19,397 nucleotides of DNA from Candidatus Margulisiibacteriota bacterium. Its GTDB lineage: Bacteria; Margulisbacteria; WOR-1; O2-12-FULL-45-9. The notes under the pieces are model-generated. The model saw only the letters and a list, made by a program, of their open reading frames with translations. It did not search any database and was not told the origin of the DNA. This document shows positions 8,739 to 19,397 of the stretch, piece by piece. The position numbers and the translations under genes are program-made. Within the stretch, counting starts at the first letter, position 1, and each line of letters starts with the position of its first letter. Where the stretch lies: assembly GCA_043816785.1 (NCBI GenBank), contig JBDRHP010000012.1, forward strand, positions 1 through 19,397. The letters run 5' to 3'.

Positions 8739-9692
8739 ATGCTTATATATCTCCTGACCTTTTTGCTGGCCTTTTTAGTTACCTACTTTGCAACACCGGT
8801 AGTCAAGATCCTGGCCTCAAAAATCAATGCTGTGGATATCCCCAATGATAGAAAAGTCCATCTTTTACCTATTCCCAGACTTGGCGGGGTGGCTATCTAC
8901 GCTGGGTTTATGGCTGCGGTCGGGACAGCCTTTATTTTAAGCAGGATTTATGGCAGCGCTTTGGATTATAGGATGGGAGCCGGGATAGTTCTGGCCGGAA
9001 CGATCCTAATGTTAGTTGGGATGCGTGATGATATTAAAAGCCTTCGCCCAACTACCAAGCTGGTCTGGCAGATCCTGGCCGCTTTGATCGTGATCTCTTT
9101 TGGGGTTGAGATCAGTTTCCTCACTAATCCATTTAACGGGATCCTGTCGATTGGCATTCTGGCCATACCATTGACTTTGCTGTGGGTGGTAGGGATAACC
9201 AACGCGATGAATTTGATCGACGGCCTGGACGGGTTGGCTACCGGAGTGACGGTTATTTCTTCCTTAACCCTTTTCTTTGTGGCTTTGCGCACCCACCAGA
9301 TCGGCGCGGCTATTTTAATGATAGCCTTGTTTGGCGCGGCTTTGGCTTTTTTGCGTTATAATTTTAATCCTGCCTCGATCTTTCTGGGGGATTCCGGCTC
9401 GATGTTCCTTGGTTTTATTCTGGCCGCATCATCTATTATTGGCGTGTTAAAGACCACTTTAGTCGTGGCTTTGATCATCCCGGTGTTGATCTTGGGGGTG
9501 CCGATCTTTGACACTCTTTTTGCGATCGGCCGCAGATTAGGCACGGGCAAACATCCTTTTGAGGCGGATAATAAACATATCCATCATATGCTGCTTCGGG
9601 CGGGGTTTAATAAGAGGGAAGCAGTCTTAGCGATCTATATTGCTTGTTTTCTTTTGAGTTTTATTGCTTTAGTCATGGCGTTGCAGAGATAG
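8739..9692 (+). CDS. tagO: Undecaprenyl-phosphate GlcNAc-1-phosphate transferase (WecA/TagO family)
   Basis: Multi-TM protein with RKVH..PIPRLGG, DD, NAMNLIDGLDGLA, FLGDSGS and the WecA-type HIHH. Start is probably 8739; the alternative 8718 overlaps the -10 box. Confidence 0.93.
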   Translation: MLIYLLTFLLAFLVTYFATPVVKILASKINAVDIPNDRKVHLLPIPRLGGVAIYAGFMAAVGTAFILSRIYGSALDYRMGAGIVLAGTILMLVGMRDDIKSLRPTTKLVWQILAALIVISFGVEISFLTNPFNGILSIGILAIPLTLLWVVGITNAMNLIDGLDGLATGVTVISSLTLFFVALRTHQIGAAILMIALFGAALAFLRYNFNPASIFLGDSGSMFLGFILAASSIIGVLKTTLVVALIIPVLILGVPIFDTLFAIGRRLGTGKHPFEADNKHIHHMLLRAGFNKREAVLAIYIACFLLSFIALVMALQR

Positions 9693-9697
9693 GGAAT

Positions 9698-9773
9698 AAA
9701 ATCAGGAAACCTGCGAATAAACTTCGCGGTTTCCTGATTTTTGGAGCCGAGACGTTTAGTCTCAGGCTCCAAA
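9698..9773. repeat. Pair of oppositely oriented bulged hairpins (REP-like doublet; the first may also act as an intrinsic terminator or attenuator)
   Basis: 9698-9741 AAAATCAGGAAACC-T-GCGAA-TAAAC-TTCGC-GGTTTCCTGATTTT; 9740-9773 TTTGGAGCC-GAGAC-GTTTA-GTCTC-A-GGCTCCAAA. Confidence 0.8.
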
Positions 9774-9786
9774 CAGGGTTAAGATA

Positions 9787-10956
9787 ATGAATAAAAAAAG
9801 GATAATGTTTGTATTTGGAACGAGGCCGGAAGCCATTAAAATGGCGCCGGTCATCACCGCGCTTGCGAAATATCCTGACATTCTTGAGCCAATGATCGTG
9901 GTGTCCGGCCAGCATCGCCAGATGCTAGACCAGGTCTTACGTATTTTTAACATTCATCCTGATTATGATCTGGGCATCATGGCCAAGAATCAAACGCTGG
10001 TGGATATTGTTACAAAATCGCTCTCAGGACTGGAAGAAATAGTCTTGCGCGAAAAGCCGGACATGCTGCTGGTGCAAGGGGATACCTCCACGACTTTTGC
10101 CGCTGGCTTGGCGGCGTACTATTATAAGATCCCCCTGGGTCATATTGAAGCGGGCTTGCGCACTTTTGATAAATGGCGGCCGTATCCAGAAGAGATCAAC
10201 CGCAAGCTGACGACGTCTCTGGCAGATATCCATTTTGCGCCGACCGAAACCTCGGTGGCCAATCTTTTGGCAGAAAAGGTTTCTCGCAACTCGATCTATC
10301 TAACTGGCAACACGGTCATTGACGCGTTGCTAACAACGGCCAAGGGGAAATTTGATCTCAAACAAGCTGGCATTAATTTGACCGCTGGCAAAAAGACCGT
10401 GCTGGTCACGACTCACCGGCGCGAGAATTTTGGTGAACCGCTCAAGAATATTTGCCAGGCGATCGCTCGTCTGGCTCAAGAGCATGTTAAGACAATTGAG
10501 ATCATCATGCCGGTGCATAAAAATCCGCTGGTTAAAGAAACTGTTGCTAATATCCTGGCAGAGGTTGATAATGTGCAATTGACTGACCCCCTGGACTATG
10601 AGCCTTTTGTCCATTTAATGAAAGAATCATATCTTATTTTGACCGATTCCGGCGGGGTGCAGGAAGAAGCGCCTTCTCTGGGCAAACCGGTGCTGGTCTT
10701 GCGCGAGAAAACCGAGCGGCCGGAAGCAGTGGCTTTTGGCACAGTAAAACTGGTCGGGTCAGACGAACAGCTTATTTTTGCAGAGGCTGACAAATTACTT
10801 AAGGACCGAGCAGCTTACGAAAAAATGTCGCAGGCGGTTAATCCATATGGTGACGGACAGGCGGCTGGCAGGATCGTTTCCGCGCTGCTTTATTATTTTG
10901 GCGCGGTCGATCGCAAGCCAGAGGAATTTAAGGTCAAGGAACTGGTGAGAGGATGA
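9787..10956 (+). CDS. wecB: UDP-N-acetylglucosamine 2-epimerase (non-hydrolysing)
   Basis: FGTRPEAIKMAP, GQHRQM, QGDT, HIEAGLR, PEEINR, HRREN and DSGGVQEEAP. Confidence 0.98.
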   Translation: MNKKRIMFVFGTRPEAIKMAPVITALAKYPDILEPMIVVSGQHRQMLDQVLRIFNIHPDYDLGIMAKNQTLVDIVTKSLSGLEEIVLREKPDMLLVQGDTSTTFAAGLAAYYYKIPLGHIEAGLRTFDKWRPYPEEINRKLTTSLADIHFAPTETSVANLLAEKVSRNSIYLTGNTVIDALLTTAKGKFDLKQAGINLTAGKKTVLVTTHRRENFGEPLKNICQAIARLAQEHVKTIEIIMPVHKNPLVKETVANILAEVDNVQLTDPLDYEPFVHLMKESYLILTDSGGVQEEAPSLGKPVLVLREKTERPEAVAFGTVKLVGSDEQLIFAEADKLLKDRAAYEKMSQAVNPYGDGQAAGRIVSALLYYFGAVDRKPEEFKVKELVRG

Positions 10957-12209
10957 AAAGAATCTATATTAAGGGCCGAAAAAAGCTGGAGGGAGAAGTC
11001 CTGGTCTCGGGATCAAAGAACTCGGCCTTAGCTATTCTGGCAGCCACGATACTTCTGCCGGGAAAATCAGTTATTCGCAATGTGCCTAATCTTCTAGACG
11101 TAAAAACGATCATCCGAGTGCTCCGGGCGCTGGGAATTCGCGCTGAGTATTCCGGGTCGCAGCCTAATACGGTCGAGGTCTGGAATAGCAATGTTAAACA
11201 CGTTGCTCCCTATGAGCTGGTAACCAAGATGCGGGCTTCCTTTTTTGTGATCGGGCCGATCCTGGCTAGAACTGGTTTAGCCAAAGTTCCGCTGCCCGGA
11301 GGCTGCGCAATTGGTTCACGGCCGGTCAACCTTCATATTAAAGGTTTAGAGGCGCTGGGAGCGAGAGTTGAAATGGAACATGGCTTTGTTAATGTTTGGG
11401 GCAAAAATCTGAAAGGCAATCGGGTTTATCTTGATTTTCCTTCGGTGGGAGCGACAGAATCTGTGATGATGGCGGCGACGCTGGCCGAGGGTGAGACCAT
11501 CATTGAAAATGCAGCGCGCGAACCTGAGATCATTGATCTGGCGGAGTTTCTAAAGGCCGCCGGGGCCAATATCAGCGGAGCCGGGACCGAGGAAATAAGG
11601 ATCCAAGGGATGGCAGAGCTTTTTCCTGTTGAATATAGGGTTATTCCAGACCGGATCGAAGCCGGCACTTTTATGATCGCCGCGGCGATCACCAGAGGTA
11701 ATTTGCTGATAAAAGATATTATTCCTGATCATATTGAAGCCTTGGTTAGAAAGCTTAAAGAGATGAAGGTGGATGTTGAGGTTAATGGGAACGAGGTCAG
11801 GGTATCTGGCAAGGATGGGATCAAGGCAGCGGATGTTAAGACCATGCCGTATCCGGGTTTTCCCACTGATATGCAGCCGCAGCTGACCGCTCTTTTGTCA
11901 GTGGCTAAGGGGACCTCGGTCATAACAGAAACGGTTTTTGAAAATCGCTTCATGCATGTTAACGAGCTAAACCGCATGGGCGCTGATATTAAGCTTGAAG
12001 GCCAGAGCACCATTGTTAACGGCGTGCCGGGACTTTCCAGCGCTCCGGTCAAGGTTTCTGATCTGCGCGCCGGCGCGGCGCTGGTGCTGGCAGGGTTAGC
12101 GGCGCAGGGTGAGACAATGATCGAAGACCGTGATCATCACCTGGAACGTGGCTATGAGAATCTTAAGCAGAAGCTGACTAGAATAGGGGCGGAAATCAGG
12201 GTTGTTTGA
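10953..12209 (+). CDS. murA: UDP-N-acetylglucosamine 1-carboxyvinyltransferase
   Basis: SGSKN, MRAS, LPGGCAIGSRP (catalytic Cys present), AAREPEI, PGFPTDMQ and DLRAGA. Confidence 0.98.
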   Translation: MKRIYIKGRKKLEGEVLVSGSKNSALAILAATILLPGKSVIRNVPNLLDVKTIIRVLRALGIRAEYSGSQPNTVEVWNSNVKHVAPYELVTKMRASFFVIGPILARTGLAKVPLPGGCAIGSRPVNLHIKGLEALGARVEMEHGFVNVWGKNLKGNRVYLDFPSVGATESVMMAATLAEGETIIENAAREPEIIDLAEFLKAAGANISGAGTEEIRIQGMAELFPVEYRVIPDRIEAGTFMIAAAITRGNLLIKDIIPDHIEALVRKLKEMKVDVEVNGNEVRVSGKDGIKAADVKTMPYPGFPTDMQPQLTALLSVAKGTSVITETVFENRFMHVNELNRMGADIKLEGQSTIVNGVPGLSSAPVKVSDLRAGAALVLAGLAAQGETMIEDRDHHLERGYENLKQKLTRIGAEIRVV

Positions 12210-12558
12210 TAAATTGATCAAAATGATTTTGAAAAAGGAAAAGGGACAAGGCCTGCCTGCCGGCCGGCATGGTAGAATAAACTTGGTCTTGGTTGATGAC
12301 CAGCGGATCAGGCAGCTCAATCACCAATTCCGGCACAAAGATAAGCCGACCGATGTGTTGGCTTTTCCCATGAATGAGGATGGCGTCCTGGGAGATATCG
12401 CGATCTCTGTTCCGACCACCCGGCGCAATGCCAAACGTTATGGGGTTAGTTACCAAGCGGAGCTAAAAAGACTGGTGGTCCATGGGGTTCTCCATTTACT
12501 TGGGTTTGAACATGGGAGGAAAATGAGGCATGCCGAAGAAATTTATCAAAAGCTTTAA
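12202..12558 (+). CDS. ybeY: rRNA maturation endoribonuclease YbeY, with an apparent 7-aa in-frame insertion
   Basis: LN.QFR.KDKPTDVLAF, LGDIAIS and HGVLHLLGFEH. Start is TTG 12202 or ATG 12223. Confidence 0.93.
   Translation: MFDKLIKMILKKEKGQGLPAGRHGRINLVLVDDQRIRQLNHQFRHKDKPTDVLAFPMNEDGVLGDIAISVPTTRRNAKRYGVSYQAELKRLVVHGVLHLLGFEHGRKMRHAEEIYQKL
12252..12272. repeat. 21-nt palindromic mini-element CCTGCCTGCCGGCCGGCATGG inside ybeY
   Basis: Variant of the outer palindrome at 4083-4123. It encodes LPAGRHG in frame. Confidence 0.8.
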
Positions 12559-12880
12559 ATTTGCCAGAGCCGGGGCGGAGCACGCGCTCAAGACCCAGCG
12601 TAATTTGTGGATACATTTTTTTGTCGGCCTGACAGCGCTGGCCCTGGCGGTTTGGCTAGGCATTGGCCCGCTTGAGCTGGCGATTTTAGTTGTGATGATC
12701 TTTGGGGTGATCGTGACGGAGCTGGTTAATACCTCAATTGAAGAACTGGTAAATATCTTATCGCCGCAGCAGCGCAAGGAAGCTGAGCTGGCCAAAAATG
12801 TGGCGGCGGCAGCCGTCTTGCTGGCGGCCATTGGGGCGATCATTGTGGGTGGTTTGATCTTTATTCCGAGGTTAATATAA
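12530..12880 (+). CDS. dgkA: Diacylglycerol/undecaprenol kinase (DgkA family)
   Basis: SFKFA..G, QRNLWIH, ELVNTSIEELV and AKNVAAAAV; three TM segments; the typical ybeY neighbour. Confidence 0.92.
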   Translation: MPKKFIKSFKFARAGAEHALKTQRNLWIHFFVGLTALALAVWLGIGPLELAILVVMIFGVIVTELVNTSIEELVNILSPQQRKEAELAKNVAAAAVLLAAIGAIIVGGLIFIPRLI

Positions 12881-12881
12881 C

Positions 12882-14165
12882 ATGGCTGAAATAATTTTAT
12901 TAATTGTTTTATTCGCGCTTTCGGCTTTCTTTTCTGCTTCAGAAACTGCGCTGACCAGTCTTTCCCGTCTTAGGGTCAGCCGCCTGGTTGAGCAGAAAAT
13001 TCGCGGCGCAAAATTAGTGCGCAACTTAAAAGAGAAGCCAAGTGAGTTTTTGTCAACCATATTAATTGGCAACAATCTTGTCAATATCGCGGCTTCCGCC
13101 CTGGCGACTTCTATGGCCATCCGGCTGTTTTTTGCCCGGGGCTTTGGCAGTGCGACCCTGGCCGTGGGAACAGCTACCGGGGTAATGACCTTTTTAATCC
13201 TGACCTTTGGAGAGATCATTCCCAAAACTATTGCTTTGCGCCGGGCGGAAAAACTTTCAATTTTCATCGCGCCAATTATTTTGGTCCTAGGGGTGCTTTT
13301 ACGGCCAATAGCCTATTTTATTGGTTTTCTCTGCTGGCCGTTTATTCTGCTCTTTGGCGGCAAAGCGCCGGGGAAAGGGCCGTTTATTACTGAGGAAGAG
13401 ATCCGTTTGATCCTGGCGGCGGGAGAAAAAGAAGGGGTGATCGAGGAAGATGAGCGTCAAATGATCACTTCGATCTTTGAATTTGGCGATACGGTAGTTA
13501 GAGAAGTAATGACTCCGCGGCCGGATATCTCAGCCTGCTCGGCCGACCAGACACTAGAGGCAGTTAAAAATGTGATTATTGATAGTGGTCATTCTCGCAT
13601 TCCTGTTTATGAGGGTAATCTTGATAATGTAATCGGTACGATCTATGCCAAAGACCTGCTAAGCGCAGGTGCGGAGGTTAAGATCCGTGATATTCTCAGG
13701 CCAGCGGTCTTTATCCCTGAGACCAAAAAAGTGGATGAGCTTCTGCACGAGATGCAGGCCGCCCGCACTCATCTGGCCATTATTGTTGATGAATACGGGG
13801 TTTCTTCCGGTTTAGTTACTTTAGAAGATCTGGTCGAAGAAATCGTTGGTGAGATCCATGACGAGTTCGAGCGGGATGAAAAAATGATCAATAAAATAGA
13901 TGCCAGCACTTTTATTATTAACGGCCTAATGTCGCTCAAAGACCTCAATGATGAATTAAAGCTTGATCTGCCGGAAAAAGAAAAGGAATATGACACGATC
14001 GGCGGTTTTGTTTTTGCCCAGCTGGGCAAGATGCCGGCGGTCGGCAATGCTGTGCGTTATGAGGATCTGGTCATTAGTGTTGAGCGGGTCCTGCGCCGCA
14101 GGATCACCAGGGTAAAGATCGTTAAACTTCCGAGAACAATTGAAGAGGAGGCTGTAGGGGGATAG
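12882..14165 (+). CDS. CNNM/CorC-type (DUF21-CBS-CorC_HlyC) membrane protein, putative Mg2+/Co2+ efflux, 'hemolysin family'
   Basis: SAFFSASETAL, TILIGNNLVN, FGEIIPK, VMTPR, GHSRIPVY, VDEYG..SGLVTLEDLVEEIVGEI and YDTIGGF. Confidence 0.95.
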   Translation: MAEIILLIVLFALSAFFSASETALTSLSRLRVSRLVEQKIRGAKLVRNLKEKPSEFLSTILIGNNLVNIAASALATSMAIRLFFARGFGSATLAVGTATGVMTFLILTFGEIIPKTIALRRAEKLSIFIAPIILVLGVLLRPIAYFIGFLCWPFILLFGGKAPGKGPFITEEEIRLILAAGEKEGVIEEDERQMITSIFEFGDTVVREVMTPRPDISACSADQTLEAVKNVIIDSGHSRIPVYEGNLDNVIGTIYAKDLLSAGAEVKIRDILRPAVFIPETKKVDELLHEMQAARTHLAIIVDEYGVSSGLVTLEDLVEEIVGEIHDEFERDEKMINKIDASTFIINGLMSLKDLNDELKLDLPEKEKEYDTIGGFVFAQLGKMPAVGNAVRYEDLVISVERVLRRRITRVKIVKLPRTIEEEAVGG

Positions 14166-14174
14166 TGAGATCAA

Positions 14175-18041
<3,867 letters not shown>

Positions 18042-18045
<4 letters not shown>

Positions 18046-18112
18046 GGACAACCTTTATGGTTGTCCGTTCCGAACTTCAATGGATCCGGACAGGGATAAA
18101 CCCTGTCCCTAC
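18042..18112. repeat. Inverted pair of GTAG-family REP palindromes (REPIN-like), probably also the terminator region for the convergent genes
   Basis: 18042-18066 (+) GTAGGGACAACC-TTTAT-GGTTGTCC; 18112-18088 (-) GTAGGGACAGGG-TTTAT-CCCTGTCC; 21-nt spacer. Confidence 0.9.
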
Positions 18113-19020
18113 ATTTCAATATTGCCAATCAATTCCTTATAATTATTAATATTGTTTTCACCTAAATAATCTTTGATCTCCCCAACTATCCTTATCGGCG
18201 CCTGGGTATCTACAAAGTTTGCAGTGCCGACCTGGACAGCTGAAGCTCCTGCCAGGAAGAACTCGATCGCGTCTTCGCCAGTCATGATCCCACCGACACC
18301 AATGATCGGTATCTTAACAACTTGAGCCACCTGCCAGACCATGCGGACGGCAATGGGCTTGATAGCCGGGCCAGAAAGTCCTCCGGTCGGGGTGCCGAGT
18401 TTCGATTTCCTTGTCTCGATATCTATGGCCATGCCCATCAGGGTGTTGATCAGAGAAACAGCGTCCGCGCCAGCGTCTTCTGCTTTCTTGGCGATCAGGC
18501 TGATATCGGTTACGTTTGGTGAAAGTTTAACAATCAGCGGCAGGCTGGTGGCTTTGCGGATAGTTCTTACTAATTCTTCCGTGGCGTTGGGATCAAAGCA
18601 GAAGAACATGCCGCCCTTAGTTACATTGGGGCAGGAGATATTGATTTCCAGGCCTTTGATTAACGGTTCTTTGTTCAAGATCTTTGCCAGCTCCGCGTAG
18701 TCTTTGGCTGAATCACCGGCAATGTTAGCGATCAAGGGTGTTTTGAACTTGGACAGGAAAGGGATCCTGTTCTCAATAAAATCTTTTACGCCTTTATTCT
18801 GCAGGCCAATTGAATTGAGCATGCCGGAAGATGTTTCAACAATACGGGGCGGGGGATTGCCTTCTCTGGCTTGCAAAGTGATAGTTTTTGTAACGATCGC
18901 TCCGAGTTTATCAAGGTCAACGAACTTTGAAGCTTCTTCGCCGTAGCCAAAGGTGCCTGAAGCCACCATGACCGGGTTCTTCATCTTTATTCCCGCCAGT
19001 TCGATATCTAATCCTGCCAT
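18109..19020 (-). CDS. pyrD: Dihydroorotate dehydrogenase, family 1B catalytic subunit
   Basis: NPVMVASGTFG, GNPPPR, NSIGLQN, NISCPN, KLSPN and GGLSGPAIKP; adjacent to pyrK. Confidence 0.97.
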   Translation of the reverse strand: MAGLDIELAGIKMKNPVMVASGTFGYGEEASKFVDLDKLGAIVTKTITLQAREGNPPPRIVETSSGMLNSIGLQNKGVKDFIENRIPFLSKFKTPLIANIAGDSAKDYAELAKILNKEPLIKGLEINISCPNVTKGGMFFCFDPNATEELVRTIRKATSLPLIVKLSPNVTDISLIAKKAEDAGADAVSLINTLMGMAIDIETRKSKLGTPTGGLSGPAIKPIAVRMVWQVAQVVKIPIIGVGGIMTGEDAIEFFLAGASAVQVGTANFVDTQAPIRIVGEIKDYLGENNINNYKELIGNIEM

Positions 19021-19397
19021 ACTATTTCCTCGCTCTTGAAAACCGGTCCATCATCACAGACCTTTTGATAACCGGTTCTGGTTTTGACAACACATCCCAG
19101 ACAAGTGCCGATGCCGCAAGCCATGCATTGTTCCATGGAGACCTGGCAGGGGATCTTTTTCTGAAAAGCAATATCAGCAATAGCTTTAAGCATTGGGTTG
19201 GGGCCGCAGGCGTAAATAGTGGCAAGGGGCAAGTAGCTAGGGTCAAGGGTATTCTCTATTACATTTAGTAGGATGTCTGAAATAAAACCTTTTTTGCCGT
19301 AGCTGCCGTTATCGGTTGAGACCAGGACCTGGTCGGTTATGGCGTTGAATTCTTTTTCCGCCAGGACGCGGGCTTTGTCCTTAGCTCCGATCAAGAC
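19008..19397 (-). CDS. pyrK: Dihydroorotate dehydrogenase electron transfer subunit, 5' part outside the window
   Basis: TDNGSYG.KG, YACGP..M and the 2Fe-2S motif MACGIGTCLGC..VC.DGPVF. The frame is open to the window edge. Confidence 0.95.
   Translation of the reverse strand, partial: VLIGAKDKARVLAEKEFNAITDQVLVSTDNGSYGKKGFISDILLNVIENTLDPSYLPLATIYACGPNPMLKAIADIAFQKKIPCQVSMEQCMACGIGTCLGCVVKTRTGYQKVCDDGPVFKSEEIVWQD

Noticed and set aside
8739..9692. Calling the glycosyltransferase-4 gene mraY
   Set aside because: The HIHH motif, RKVH..P.PRLGG and adjacency to wecB indicate WecA/TagO.
9698..9773. CRISPR repeat, tRNA or known riboswitch
   Set aside because: There is no repeat-spacer periodicity, cloverleaf or recognisable aptamer, only two inverted hairpins.
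10953..12209. Fosfomycin-resistant MurA variant
   Set aside because: The catalytic Cys in LPGGCAIG is present, with no Cys-to-Asp change.

Overview
This is a bacterial housekeeping region with no RNA genes, CRISPR array or transposase. The left half (minus strand) holds a complete nine-gene V/A-type ATPase operon, H(G)-I-K-E-C-F-A-B-D. Its c-subunit has a Na+-binding signature and its E subunit is unusually short. The operon is followed by a partial unknown gene with a sigma28-like promoter. The plus-strand operon reads tagO/wecA-wecB-murA-ybeY-dgkA-corC-like-DUF1846-pyrG-DUF72 and converges on pyrD-pyrK (partial). The two big operons share about 70 bp containing two overlapping, mirror-symmetric sigma70 promoters. 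The most unusual signal is in the non-coding DNA, where most larger spacers hold a different small palindromic element. These are: a 20-nt CCTGCCTGCCGGCAGGCAGG palindrome with a second hairpin nested in it, inside a relic copy of the atpF 3' end; a 21-nt variant inserted in frame in ybeY; a pair of covarying bulged hairpins between tagO and wecB; a GTAG-type REP pair that supplies the stop codons of two convergent genes; and a CCTCACCCCC/CCCCTCTCC-type hairpin after atpK. Gene content suggests an anaerobic Terrabacteria-type organism, possibly a Margulisbacteria/Saganbacteria-like lineage, but that is an unverified guess.
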